Source of the DNA: a phage
Strand: one strand, 5' to 3'
Length of the DNA stretch: 64,000 bases
NCBI GenBank assembly: GCA_033286805.1
Contig: GCA_033286805.1_4727.1
Shown here: one piece after another, positions 18,372-28,375 of the stretch
Layout of the letters: each line of letters begins with the position of its first letter
Position numbering within the stretch: position 1 is the stretch's first letter
Made by a program: the position numbers and the translations under genes
The notes under the pieces: generated by a model
Databases searched by the model: none
Told to the model about the DNA's origin: nothing
Seen by the model: only the letters and a program-made list of their open reading frames with translations

Positions 18372-19150
18372 GCGAACGTTTCTCCTGTAATGTGTTGTGG
18401 GCGTTGTAGCATGGTAACATCCCATTGTACGATCCGGCTCCGGCTTACCAGCATCATGACGGATTCATCATCAAGCCCTGGTTGCGCAACCGGCAACCAA
18501 CGTTCGTTAAGCACCTTCGCTTCAACGCGTTTCTTGCGGGGATTGTAACGCACCTCGCTGACCCAAGCGAATCCAAGCGGATGCACAACCCGTGGATAAT
18601 ACATGCGAAGCAATTGATGCATTTGATCCATTGCCTCCAAGCTCGCATCCGCCAGGTAAGGTTTCACCATGGCAAGCTTTTTGGTGTAATACGTTCCAAC
18701 GGTATGGTTCGCCCACCCAGGAAGCGCGTGATGGAATCCTACCTGTAATTGTGTATTGCCGTTCACCTTCAGCCAACCGTATTGTCCCGCCGCACGTCCC
18801 TCGTCAGTATCGATCCATGTAAGTATATCGATGAACGCACGATCGGCGATCTCGATGCGTTCCACCCGTTCATCCAACGCACCACGTACCACGAATCCGC
18901 TCGCGCTCAGCCGTGCAGGATGCTGGCTACGATGTGCGTACCAATTCTTGTTGCCGGTAAGCAGGTAAGGATACAAGTGCGCACCACGCCAAACAACCTT
19001 TCCGTTCGTCCCGTCGACGCAACGTACACGCATCCCAGCCTGACCGCTGCTGTAGCATGCTACCCTCACGCATTCGTTTTGAACATCGCTCGGTAACGCC
19101 AGGTATTCATCTCCAGTAAACATGGTATCAAAAATCAATGCTTCTTTCAT
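18368..19150 (-). CDS. hypothetical protein (260 aa)
   Basis: First ORF downstream of promoter box 19234-19257. Confidence 0.55.
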   Translation of the reverse strand: MKEALIFDTMFTGDEYLALPSDVQNECVRVACYSSGQAGMRVRCVDGTNGKVVWRGAHLYPYLLTGNKNWYAHRSQHPARLSASGFVVRGALDERVERIEIADRAFIDILTWIDTDEGRAAGQYGWLKVNGNTQLQVGFHHALPGWANHTVGTYYTKKLAMVKPYLADASLEAMDQMHQLLRMYYPRVVHPLGFAWVSEVRYNPRKKRVEAKVLNERWLPVAQPGLDDESVMMLVSRSRIVQWDVTMLQRPQHITGETFA

Positions 19151-19233
19151 CTAAAAAGATCCTCTGTTTTTCACGTTAATTAAACAACGTATTGATTTCT
19201 ATTTGACACAATACGAACATTGTACGTATCTAT

Positions 19234-19257
19234 CACTTAGGTAATATAGTCGTGAAA
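19234..19257 (-). promoter_or_regulatory. conserved 24-bp promoter-like box, copy b
   Basis: CACTTAGGTAATATAGTCGTGAAA; 84 nt upstream of ATG of 18368-19150(-). Confidence 0.55.
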
Positions 19258-19370
19258 GGATTTGCATTAAAGCAAGGGTTTTGTTTTTTAAGAAGGGATG
19301 GATTTAGAAGAGGTGTTTCAAGGAAGGTAAACGAGGATAGGTATTTTGATTTAAGTAAGTAAGTAAGATG

Positions 19371-19516
19371 TTATCTGTATTTGTTAAAAGTGTATTGTCT
19401 AAGTTATCTTGTTTATCTTAGGTTATGTCTTATTGTTTAATCGTTTTATCTTTGTATGTTTAAGTTGTTTTATTTATCTTGTTTGTTTATTTAAAAGTAA
19501 GTTAATAAGCTTATCT
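19371..19516. repeat. six dispersed TTATCT(T) copies in AT-rich non-coding region, plus (AAGT)4 microsatellite at 19353-19368
   Basis: TTATCT at 19371, 19404, 19414, 19446, 19484, 19511. Confidence 0.6.
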
Positions 19517-19531
19517 TCAAAACAATGGATA

Positions 19532-19564
19532 ACATGTGTTTACCACCTTAACGGTAACACATGT
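19532..19564. repeat. inverted repeat ACATGTGTT / AACACATGT (9-bp stem, 15-nt spacer)
   Basis: Perfect reverse complements read directly. Confidence 0.6.
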
Positions 19565-19612
19565 CATCTGTGCATTACACTCCGCTATCACTTCGTTACA
19601 TGCTTATATGTT

Positions 19613-19800
19613 GGATAACTCAAAAAACATTTGTGATACTCTTCTTCACGTTGTTCATCAGAGTATCTCGTCTATACTCATTGCATTCGTATACGACATA
19701 ACCGTTATACGCTAACGCTACGCTTATAGCTTGATAACTCTAAGGATAAAAACATAAACTCGCTTCGCTCGTTTAGTTTTTCTTTTTCTTAGAGTTATCC
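19613..19800. repeat. GGATAACTC boxes: direct at 19613-19621 and 19732-19740, inverted at 19792-19800; 13-bp inverted repeat GATAACTCTAAGG / CTTAGAGTTATCC
   Basis: Exact 13-bp inverted repeat at 19733-19745 and 19788-19800; third box 120 bp upstream. Confidence 0.6.
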
Positions 19801-19963
19801 TGTTGCTCGTCTCTAAAGGACTTCGCTCCTCCCCCGTCCCCCGAAGGGGCCGAGGTCGTGGAAATTTTACTTTCCAAATACATTTACAACATCTGTAAAC
19901 TTTTACTCCAGGTACTTAATCTTATCATTAGAAATTATAAAAGAGAATAAACACAAACATAAA

Positions 19964-19995
19964 CCTTCCTCCAACCCAACAGGGAAGGAGGAAGG
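19964..19995 (-). terminator. CCTCC/GGAGG palindromic hairpin (H5)
   Basis: ccttcctcc-aa-ccc-aaca-ggg-aa-ggaggaagg, 17 nt downstream of stop of 20012-20905 gene. Confidence 0.7.
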
Positions 19996-20011
19996 GAGAG
20001 ATTAATTAAAA

Positions 20012-20905
20012 TTAATCAGCGACGTTATAACCGAATACTGCTTTACCGTAGGTGTGAGTACCGTTAGCTAACGACAGCACCAGCACATGGTTGTACGTAG
20101 CGTTAACGCCCTTGTCAGTAGACTCGGTGGTAGCACCGTTATAGACAAAGGTAGCCGTTTGCAGATTGGCTTTCAGTTCATTGATGATATCATCACTTAC
20201 GCCGGTCTGCTCTTTGATCAGGGTGGTCAGGTTACCTGCTAAGCTTGCATCGATATTTACTTCGTTGCCAGTAATAGCTTGTAAACCTGGAGCGTAAGTA
20301 CTGAAGTCTAACGGATAGGTTAACAGACGTGCTGACGTTTTGGTACCATCGCCTTCATCAACGTAGGTTAAGTTACCCAGGTTGGTAACCTTGATGATGT
20401 TAGCCAGATCCAGCGTGGTGTTATAAACTTTAACTTGAACAGAGCCATACCACGCCAACGAATCTTCTTTGGCTTCCAGGGTGATCGTCTGGATACCTGA
20501 CTGATCAAAGGTAACCTGAGTAGCTAACGTTTCGGCTTTGATGTCTTTCGTTTTATCCAGGAACTTCTCACCGGAAGGCGTGATCATACCGTAGCGTTGA
20601 GCTACAAGGTCAACCACATCACCGATGGTGGTGTTCGCCTCAACGTTAACACGTACAGCGATCTTCTGGAACCACTTAGCCAGATCCAGACGATGGTAGG
20701 TGACATCGCGGTTATTGAAGTAAGGGGTACCTTCACCAGGACTAAGTGTTAAAGTTGCTTCTGGAGCAGAAGGATTCTTTTCTTTAAGGACGTATTTAAG
20801 GTCGGTGTATTTAAAGTTGGCACCAGTGTCGGCGTTGAGCTGGTTAATCTCATCAACGATAAGTTGCCAAGGTGTTTTTAAAGTAAGCGATACTTGAGCT
20901 GTCAT
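20012..20905 (-). CDS. abundant virion protein, paralog family member A
   Basis: Strong codon bias; shares YxNRxDL / LAWYGSV-type blocks with 21048, 31966, 33788, 34650 genes; followed by hairpin 19964-19995. Confidence 0.7.
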   Translation of the reverse strand: MTAQVSLTLKTPWQLIVDEINQLNADTGANFKYTDLKYVLKEKNPSAPEATLTLSPGEGTPYFNNRDVTYHRLDLAKWFQKIAVRVNVEANTTIGDVVDLVAQRYGMITPSGEKFLDKTKDIKAETLATQVTFDQSGIQTITLEAKEDSLAWYGSVQVKVYNTTLDLANIIKVTNLGNLTYVDEGDGTKTSARLLTYPLDFSTYAPGLQAITGNEVNIDASLAGNLTTLIKEQTGVSDDIINELKANLQTATFVYNGATTESTDKGVNATYNHVLVLSLANGTHTYGKAVFGYNVAD

Positions 20906-21047
20906 TTTCTACCTCTATGGTTGTTACATCACTCTCAAAAGATGTAAGTGTTTACAGAAATAAGTATATTTTATATTAAATGTGAATAATATGGAGAACG
21001 ACTCCGAATCTCCTTTTCGACCATCAAAAATCAGAGGACACACAATC

Positions 21048-21590
21048 ATGGCCTTAGACTTTAACAAAGCAGCGAAATCCCTTCTGCTTGATCTTATCAA
21101 CACCAAAGCAACCCGTGCACTGGCCGAACAAGAACTGCAGTTCGGTACCCCGGGGGCATCTTCCGAACATGAAAAGAACACCGTTATTCAGCTGGACGCT
21201 GCGCCTGAAGCAGAAAACCTGCAGGGTAGTCAGCAGTTCTACTACGATCGTCTGGCTCTGTCCGAAGTTTTCGCTGATGTAACCGGCGACGTTACTTTCG
21301 AACTGCCGCACGGTACCGACAGCATCCAGGCTTCTGAACTGGTAAGCAAGCTGGTCACCAAATTCGGCCTGGCTTCCCTGAACGGTGAAATCAAAGAAGA
21401 AACCTTCCAGCTGTCTGCTGGTACTGTTGGTCAGGTAACTCTGAGTGCGATCGATAATGGTCTGGTATATACCGGCACTCTGCAGGTTGCTCTGACCTAT
21501 GCAGCAGCACCGAAAGACCAACTGGCAACTGTTCTGGCGGATAACGTAGCTGATGGCTTCGTGAAACCGACCGTTAGCGTTGTTGGCTAA
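21048..21590 (+). CDS. abundant virion protein, paralog family member B
   Basis: ATG 21048 with GAGGA SD; strong codon bias; blocks QQFYYDRLAL ... LVYTGTLQV. Confidence 0.7.
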   Translation: MALDFNKAAKSLLLDLINTKATRALAEQELQFGTPGASSEHEKNTVIQLDAAPEAENLQGSQQFYYDRLALSEVFADVTGDVTFELPHGTDSIQASELVSKLVTKFGLASLNGEIKEETFQLSAGTVGQVTLSAIDNGLVYTGTLQVALTYAAAPKDQLATVLADNVADGFVKPTVSVVG

Positions 21591-21602
21591 TACCAATAGC
21601 TT

Positions 21603-21643
21603 AGAGCAATAGTATGGGTTTTGTACAGCTCGGCTATTGCTCT
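21603..21643 (+). terminator. hairpin with 10-bp perfect stem and 21-nt loop
   Basis: agagcaatag ... ctattgctct; 13 nt after stop of 21048-21590. Confidence 0.35.
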
Positions 21644-21792
21644 TCTACAATTTGGTTGTAACAATCTGCGTGGTTGCACGCTTATCTTTCTCATTGAGCG
21701 CTTCGTGTGAAGCGTGGTGTTGAAAGGGTTGTGGATCTCCTCAAGCGGCCAGGGACCCAGACCAACCTGAATAAACACGAACACCTGTTAAG

Positions 21793-21825
21793 CCCCTCCT
21801 CATCCGTTATTGGGTGAGGAGGGGT
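21793..21825. terminator. CCTCC/GGAGG-type hairpin (H6, divergent)
   Basis: cccctcctca-tcc-gttat-tgg-gtgaggagggg; between 21048-21590(+) and endolysin 21888-22523(-). Confidence 0.55.
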
Positions 21826-21887
21826 CTTATACGTCTTTATGCGTTCCGTTCGTTCTGGAGCGTTTTAGGACGGTTTACTGCAAGGTT

Positions 21888-22523
21888 TTATTCAACACTG
21901 AAACCGTTCAAACAGATAGCTTCGTAACGCTTACGTTCACGACGTTTACGCGCCTGCCAACCGTAAATGAACTTCTCGTCTTTCTCACGACGTTCAGCTA
22001 ATTCGATGTAATAGGTGCTCTGCATGTCCAGCATCGCATCGATGAGATAATCCTTACCAGTTGCGCCACGCTTAGCGATGTAGGCATCAAGAGCTGCCAG
22101 TGATTTGGGACCCATTGCACCATCAGCATCAATATCTTTCCAGTAAGTTTGACGGTTGTTCATGACGTTCAGGTAACGCTGAAGGTTCTTAACCGCAACC
22201 GTTTTACCTGCATTGATACCCAGGTCAAAGAGACGGTCAGCCAAGAACACAGAACGTTTCATGACTTCGTCAAGCTTCATCTTATCCCAGAAGTGGGTCT
22301 TGTAGATAAAGAACGCCATTTCCGTGGTAAGGTTACGCATGTTACCGTCCCACCCGAATTTCGTTTTCAGCGTGGTTTTGTACTGATCCGCAAGCGCTTT
22401 CGTAATGCCGTGGTTTGTACATTTTCCGCTGTCGTCTGGGTCATCAACATACCCGCCTTCAACATCGGTTTTGTCGCGAATGATGAATTCGCAGGTAAAA
22501 TCTTTTTCAGTAATCTTAGCCAT
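21888..22523 (-). CDS. endolysin, GH108 N-acetylmuramidase-like with C-terminal peptidoglycan-binding region
   Basis: N-terminal motif EGGYVDDPDDSGKCTNHGIT matches GH108 signature EGGYvndp.DpGG.TkyGIT; GAGGAG SD 6 nt before ATG 22523. Confidence 0.8.
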   Translation of the reverse strand: MAKITEKDFTCEFIIRDKTDVEGGYVDDPDDSGKCTNHGITKALADQYKTTLKTKFGWDGNMRNLTTEMAFFIYKTHFWDKMKLDEVMKRSVFLADRLFDLGINAGKTVAVKNLQRYLNVMNNRQTYWKDIDADGAMGPKSLAALDAYIAKRGATGKDYLIDAMLDMQSTYYIELAERREKDEKFIYGWQARKRRERKRYEAICLNGFSVE

Positions 22524-22649
22524 TAGAACTCCTCGTTGGAATAACGATTTAGAGGAACAGGGAAGCCCTAGAACACGATAAACGATTTAATCCAGGCAAA
22601 CCCCAGACTAAACTTTTCTAAGCGTTAGAACGCGTTCTAGAGCGCAATA

Positions 22650-24698
22650 TCAAATACCTTTGGTTCCCTTCACGTGATGTGCGATTTCTTCAACCATTGC
22701 ACGCAGGGCACGAAGCTGTTGGTCGTGTTCGTACCAACCGCCTAACAGAACCCCGCTATACACCATGGTGTCAAGACTTAACAGTCCTTTATCTGATACG
22801 TTGATCATTTCAGGGAACTGTTCTTGAACACGCTGTGCGATAACACCGATCTTCTCGACATCAGGATCGTAGTTGTGACGGAAACGGGCAAGCCCGCTGC
22901 GCGCCATTTCACGTAAACGTTCACTGAGAGATTCCGGATGATCTTTCAGATAACGAATGTCGTGTTTACTGCGTTCATCCGAGCGGATGTATGCGTTAGG
23001 AACATCGATGTTACTGTTGAAGTACAGCGCACTACCACCACCTGCAGAGTTCCCCCAATAGAAGCGTGTGATCTCACCGCCGCCATTCTCCGTGATGATG
23101 ACATGTTTACCTAAACGCGTACCACCATTACCATCAACGAAGACCAGTTTGTTTCCGCTGTAAGAACCCCAGAACAAGCGTGTATCGATGATGTGTGTTG
23201 CGGCGAGACGGGCGTTACGTGGTGTAGAATACACGGTGTTAACATCTTGCTGTGCATGCGCATCGGAAGCGATCCCGTAGTTCTGTACGTTACCCAACCC
23301 TACCTGCGCTTTTGTAACAGCATGAGGGTTATCCCGACGGTTGGCGTGAGCGTTAACCAGATCACCCGCTAATTTCTGAATTGCCCAGTTGGTAGACTGT
23401 GGTGTCATGTAACGGTTCGTTGCAGAACCACCTTGCGCTTCAGCTTGGTTAGCGGTTGGGTAGTTCTCAACACTTCCTAACCCTACTTGTGCTTTAGACA
23501 CTTGGTGTGGGTTATTCTTATCGGCGATGTGTGCATTAAGCGGAACTAACGCAAAGGTCTCAATGGACGCTTTGGTTGTGTTCGGTGCCATTAATCGGTT
23601 AGCTGCAACACCAGCACGCGCTTCTTCTTCAGAAGCCATTGGGTAGTCTTGCACATTCCCTAACCCAACCTGTGCTTTGGTCACCCTGTGTGGGTTGTTA
23701 TAATCGGCTTTATGCGCATTAAGCGGAATCAATGCGAACTGTTCAATCGATGCAACGGTACGTAGCGGCGTCATGAAACGGTTGTTCGCTGTTCCGGCTT
23801 TCGCCTCATCATCCGAAGCGGTCGGGAAGTTATCAACGTTCCCAAGGTTAACCTGTGCTTTGGTGACACTGTGTGGGTTATCCCGACGGTTAGCATGCGC
23901 GTCGACTAGATCGCCCGCCAGTTTAGCAATCGCCCAGCCAACCGTTTGTGCGGTCATGTAACGGTCAGGTGCGGTACCGGCTTCTGCCTCCGCCTTGTTT
24001 GCGGTAGGATAGTTCTGTACGTTACCTAGTCCGACTTGGGCTTTTGTTACTTCGTGTGGGTTATCGGTACGGTTAGCGTGAGCGTAATGCAGATCGGTTA
24101 GATCTTTATCCGCCGCTTGCATGTCTTTGCGTAGCTGATCGATTGCCGCCCAGAGACGGTTATCGGACGCAGCATCACCGATGAGTATTGCGGCTTTTAA
24201 CGAATAGATCGCTAAGCAAAGATGTTCGGTACCGTAAATAGCACTAACGTGGTGGATGTGTGGTTCAGGCGGATAGAGTTCCGGTTTGTTCTTGATGTCA
24301 TCCCAGTTGATCGGACGATCGTCAAGTTTGAGTTCTTCGATAGCCTGATATAACGCGTCAATAAGACTTACGTAAACACCACCGATGATACGATAGTCGT
24401 TAATTAACGTCCCCTCGATATCATCGTTGATAATGGCGATGGCTGCACAGATTTCTTTACCCGCGTAAAGCGTAGCGTCCTGATACAAGAAGATAGGTTT
24501 GTAGTCCACGCCTCGCACCAGTGTCTTACCGGTAAGCTTTTCAGTGATGACCAGACTTTCGGTGAAGAACGGTCCGCCATCAAGGGCGTAACATTTATTC
24601 TCGGTTCGTGGAACGGTATGTTCTTCGCCAACGATGTGGTTGCTGGCGAGTGTACCGGTCCAGTCCTCGGGGTACTTCAGGGTAATTGGTGTCGACAT
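22650..24698 (-). CDS. tail fibre with C-terminal S74-type intramolecular chaperone domain
   Basis: Five ~57-aa repeats (H.ANRRDNPH.VTKAQVGLGNV.NY...EA..G...NRYMTP); C-terminal SDERSKHDI motif (SDxRxK) typical of autoproteolytic fibre chaperone domains. Confidence 0.85.
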   Translation of the reverse strand: MSTPITLKYPEDWTGTLASNHIVGEEHTVPRTENKCYALDGGPFFTESLVITEKLTGKTLVRGVDYKPIFLYQDATLYAGKEICAAIAIINDDIEGTLINDYRIIGGVYVSLIDALYQAIEELKLDDRPINWDDIKNKPELYPPEPHIHHVSAIYGTEHLCLAIYSLKAAILIGDAASDNRLWAAIDQLRKDMQAADKDLTDLHYAHANRTDNPHEVTKAQVGLGNVQNYPTANKAEAEAGTAPDRYMTAQTVGWAIAKLAGDLVDAHANRRDNPHSVTKAQVNLGNVDNFPTASDDEAKAGTANNRFMTPLRTVASIEQFALIPLNAHKADYNNPHRVTKAQVGLGNVQDYPMASEEEARAGVAANRLMAPNTTKASIETFALVPLNAHIADKNNPHQVSKAQVGLGSVENYPTANQAEAQGGSATNRYMTPQSTNWAIQKLAGDLVNAHANRRDNPHAVTKAQVGLGNVQNYGIASDAHAQQDVNTVYSTPRNARLAATHIIDTRLFWGSYSGNKLVFVDGNGGTRLGKHVIITENGGGEITRFYWGNSAGGGSALYFNSNIDVPNAYIRSDERSKHDIRYLKDHPESLSERLREMARSGLARFRHNYDPDVEKIGVIAQRVQEQFPEMINVSDKGLLSLDTMVYSGVLLGGWYEHDQQLRALRAMVEEIAHHVKGTKGI
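23214..24086 (-). repeat. coding tandem repeats (5 x ~57 aa, NPH-VTKAQVGLGNV core) in fibre gene
   Basis: Repeat units read from translation of 22650-24698. Confidence 0.8.
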
Positions 24699-24711
24699 AA
24701 CCTGGAGGTCC

Positions 24712-27306
24712 TTATAACGTGACTGTACCTAATTTGGTTGTCTTATTGAGATTAATGACAGAGATCTGGGTATCGCTGGTCGTAATCGTTCCGATATTAA
24801 CGCGCTGTCCTTTATCATCTTCTTGCTTGTAGATGGTTAACTCCAGCTCTAACTGGTCGCCATTAGGAACAACGGAAACGTACCATGTTTTATTACCTGG
24901 TGAACTATTATAGTCTTTTAGGTTATAATGGCCTTTAGGTAAGGTCATGACCTTACCGGCAAACAAGCAAGTGATGTCTTCGTTGATGTAGATATCGTAA
25001 CCGGAAGCAGCAACGACCGTAGAAACCATGTAGACATGTTTGACGGTACCTGCGAGGTATTCGGCTACGCTTGGTCCGTATGCTCTGAATACCTGTCCAC
25101 CATTGGATAAACGGTACGCTTCCCCAAGGTCGACGTACCCCAGACCCCATACCGGATGGACGTTGTAACGACGTCCGCTGCTGGCCAAATACTCATAAAG
25201 GTCATCTACCGATAACCCAACCCACGCACCACTGGCGTTCTTAGCACCACGGAATTGAAAATCGTTTGCGTTTCCTGGAGTAGCAACGCGCACGGACATC
25301 GCCCCGGCGATTAACCAACCATCAGCGCATTTACGATACCCTAATGGTCCCCACGCCCCCAGAGTGTTGTCAATGTTATTGATTTGGTCCCGAAGCGTGT
25401 AAGTTACCGTTGTGACGACCCCCGTTACGGTAATGTTCCCTTCCCGAGCGCTGGTCGTCACTTCAGACGTCATGATAGCCGCCTTCCTGGAGACAGGATC
25501 GTACACCGATATGAACATCAAGCAGGGGGCCCCTGTGGACGCCGGAGGAACCACGATAGAGCCGCGTATAACGGAGTATCTCTCAAGCTTCGGCGACGTG
25601 TAGGTATCCCAACAAAGTTTGGCCGCTCTGTCGAGTTCTGCCTGCGTGATGCTTATCGATGCCCCCTTTAAGGCTAACGTATCAGGGTCGACCTCAACCC
25701 TGCTGCTTAATCTCCCTTCCTGTAGCCAACTGCCAGTCACTATCGTCTGGTCGTCGCTCATGTGAATTGTCGCGAAACGTTCGCTCACTGAACCGCCTAC
25801 GTGGACGCGACTGGTTGGCGGGAATCCCATCACATCGACCACGCTGTTCTTATAGCGATAACTCAAATCCCAATCAGCGGTTATTAACCGCTTTTCGAAA
25901 TTGCTCTGACCCCCTGGGATGCGGGATAAGACATAGACCTTGTTCTTCGCCGTGAAGCCAACGAAGCCGTGTGGGCCACAGGACCCAACAACGCGGTCCT
26001 TGATGTTAATCCAGTTCCCCACCTCGTACGCGGATATTGGGGTGAGTTTTGCAAGTTCGTCGAAGACATTACCAGCGTAGTCACCAATGCGATACGATCG
26101 AACCATCGGCGAGGCCAGGTTATCATTCACACAGCTGGTAACCAGACCGTCCTCGCGAATGACCATGTTCCCGGTAAGGTTGGCCCCACCCCATGCCCAG
26201 AATCCGTCTTTATAATCACGGTCACGAGTTGACATCGTACAAGGGCCACGAAAGGACACCGAACCATCGGAGTTCACTTGTAATGACGGCGTTCCAGCAT
26301 TGGGACTTAATGTCCATTGCTTCGTATCCAGGTTCAAATCGACGTACCAGATCGTTGTCCCCTGGTCGGCGATATTCACGGTACTGTTAGTGTACCATGC
26401 CGTCGTGCAGTAGATTCGCGCAATGTTACCTTTTACAACAGCGTAATTTCTAATACCCGCACGAATAGGGACAAGCGTCGTTAATTGACTAGGATACGCT
26501 GTATGGTTTAACACTTCCCAGAAAAGAATATGGTCGAGGTTGGTTTTCGTCGTTCCCTCAAAAATCTTTCCACTAAACCCGGTTTCTTTGGTGAACTGTA
26601 CAGCCGCACCATTTTTAATGTCCGATAACATACAGGTATGTACATCGAGCCCGTTTTTCCCTTCATACGCCCACCAGACTAACAGGTACACTTTGTTTTT
26701 GTAGACGAACGTACTACAGCGCGCCATGCTGTCGGTAATACCCTCTACCGACCCGGTACACATGGCGGCGACATGCTTCTCTACGTTGAATGTGCCGTTA
26801 GTCAGAACGATGTAGGGCTGTGTGTTCTCGTCGTTTGCGTCCATCGCGACACCCATCATCACGCCGTGGTTATGACACCAGACCGATTGTGGGATTTTAG
26901 GTAGTGCTGTAGGCCTATACTGGCGACTGGTACCTATGGCGGTATCGAGCAGCCCTTCACCATTGTTTTTACAGATAGCGTAATACACCCCGTTTTTCAT
27001 GCTGTTGGATGCCGAGCGAAGGATGGAAACACTCCCGTCTGCTTCCTGACAGATTCCGTAGGTACGACGTTCGGTCATGGCTATCGCGCCATCAGCTGAC
27101 CCTTCGATGGCGAGAGGGAAGTAACTTTGATCGCCAATTTGTTCGATATCGGTTACGTCAATATCAATGTACTTTTCCATCTCGGTGTTGAACTCTGCGG
27201 TGCTGTACGCGCCGAGATCGCCAGCCTTTAACCCTGTTGGATTGCTTCGACTAGCGATACGCTCAGTAACGCTGGTCACCAGTTCGCTAAATTTTTTCAT
27301 TGCCAT
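24712..27306 (-). CDS. putative receptor-binding protein / tail fibre or spike (864 aa)
   Basis: Inside fibre cassette; N-terminus MAMKKFSEL...ASRSNP shares anchor motif with the two small downstream proteins. Confidence 0.6.
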   Translation of the reverse strand: MAMKKFSELVTSVTERIASRSNPTGLKAGDLGAYSTAEFNTEMEKYIDIDVTDIEQIGDQSYFPLAIEGSADGAIAMTERRTYGICQEADGSVSILRSASNSMKNGVYYAICKNNGEGLLDTAIGTSRQYRPTALPKIPQSVWCHNHGVMMGVAMDANDENTQPYIVLTNGTFNVEKHVAAMCTGSVEGITDSMARCSTFVYKNKVYLLVWWAYEGKNGLDVHTCMLSDIKNGAAVQFTKETGFSGKIFEGTTKTNLDHILFWEVLNHTAYPSQLTTLVPIRAGIRNYAVVKGNIARIYCTTAWYTNSTVNIADQGTTIWYVDLNLDTKQWTLSPNAGTPSLQVNSDGSVSFRGPCTMSTRDRDYKDGFWAWGGANLTGNMVIREDGLVTSCVNDNLASPMVRSYRIGDYAGNVFDELAKLTPISAYEVGNWINIKDRVVGSCGPHGFVGFTAKNKVYVLSRIPGGQSNFEKRLITADWDLSYRYKNSVVDVMGFPPTSRVHVGGSVSERFATIHMSDDQTIVTGSWLQEGRLSSRVEVDPDTLALKGASISITQAELDRAAKLCWDTYTSPKLERYSVIRGSIVVPPASTGAPCLMFISVYDPVSRKAAIMTSEVTTSAREGNITVTGVVTTVTYTLRDQINNIDNTLGAWGPLGYRKCADGWLIAGAMSVRVATPGNANDFQFRGAKNASGAWVGLSVDDLYEYLASSGRRYNVHPVWGLGYVDLGEAYRLSNGGQVFRAYGPSVAEYLAGTVKHVYMVSTVVAASGYDIYINEDITCLFAGKVMTLPKGHYNLKDYNSSPGNKTWYVSVVPNGDQLELELTIYKQEDDKGQRVNIGTITTSDTQISVINLNKTTKLGTVTL

Positions 27307-27318
27307 TATTCACCTCAG

Positions 27319-27804
27319 TTAAATCGGCGAATCAGGTAATTGGCCATCGACAATCTCGGTAGTGGCCACTTTACGTGTCGCAGCAAGATGTGCTGTGCCC
27401 TGAACTTTGTTCCAGGTACCGATACGCATCACGTTTTTATAGCTGCTGTTACTGTCGCTCAATGTGTAAACAAAACCGTTATCCGTGACAGCAAGATAGA
27501 TCCAACCGGTTGATGCGCTAACACCAGAAACATCCAACGTGGTCGCGGGCACCGTTCCTGTTATCGTGTTGTATTCCGCTTCACCTTGGCCGATGCTGAT
27601 CCTCCCGTTGTTGTAGCTGGCTGCTGGAATTATTTTATTTCGGCTGAAGAAAAGGAACGGAAGATAACGTTGTGTGACAAGAGGTGTAAGTTTAGGAGCC
27701 ACTTCTGTCTTGGCGTACACGTTTGTCTGCGTCGTTGTTACTGAATGAGGATTCTTCTTGGCCAGGTAGGCTCCCCATTCAGAAAGCAATGTCGATAACT
27801 TCAT
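27319..27804 (-). CDS. small tail-fibre-associated protein
   Basis: N-terminus MKLSTLLSEWGAYLAKKNPHSVTTTQ carries a single copy of the fibre repeat core. Confidence 0.5.
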   Translation of the reverse strand: MKLSTLLSEWGAYLAKKNPHSVTTTQTNVYAKTEVAPKLTPLVTQRYLPFLFFSRNKIIPAASYNNGRISIGQGEAEYNTITGTVPATTLDVSGVSASTGWIYLAVTDNGFVYTLSDSNSSYKNVMRIGTWNKVQGTAHLAATRKVATTEIVDGQLPDSPI

Positions 27805-27808
27805 ACGA

Positions 27809-28324
27809 CTACCCCATATAACGTTTTTGGCCGAGGATAAAGACCTTGTTAAGGACCACCGAGGTAATGCCTGACGCGTTGCAACTCACCTGCCCAACAC
27901 GAATCGCTGTTGATGAATCAGCCCCAGCACTACTGTTCCAACTCCAGCCGACCGACCCACCTTTCTGATGAATAAACAGATATCCGGTTTTGTTTGCCCA
28001 ATCGGAAGTAAGATTTTTGATGTCTAACGTTCCTTTCGCCAGAATATAGTCGGTACCAGCGATCATGACGGGGATTTCAGGATACGAGATTACCGTACCG
28101 CTGGCGGTAACGTTGCTGATGCGATCACTACGAATATCAGTACAATCACCGAAATACGCTACGGGGAGTATCCCCTTAGGGAGCTTTTTGCCGATTCTCG
28201 TATCGATAGTGTTTTTATCGGGTGCGTCGATTTGCGCTGCAGTGACTTGGTTAGGGTTATCCTTCCTTGCGTACCATGTCGTCATGCGAGCACCCAATTC
28301 ACTCATTTTTGTGCCCATTTTCAC
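27809..28324 (-). CDS. small tail-fibre-associated protein
   Basis: N-terminus MKMGTKMSELGARMTTWYARKDNPNQVTAAQ resembles fibre repeat core and N-termini of 24712 and 27319 genes. Confidence 0.5.
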   Translation of the reverse strand: MKMGTKMSELGARMTTWYARKDNPNQVTAAQIDAPDKNTIDTRIGKKLPKGILPVAYFGDCTDIRSDRISNVTASGTVISYPEIPVMIAGTDYILAKGTLDIKNLTSDWANKTGYLFIHQKGGSVGWSWNSSAGADSSTAIRVGQVSCNASGITSVVLNKVFILGQKRYMG

Positions 28325-28375
28325 ATCCTATCGAAAAATAAAAAGAAGGAAAGGTGGGTAGAACCCACCCATCCG

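Noticed and set aside
19151-20011. tRNA genes in the long non-coding region
   Set aside because: No GGTTCGAATCC-type T-loop and no cloverleaf could be built by eye; needs tRNAscan to be certain.
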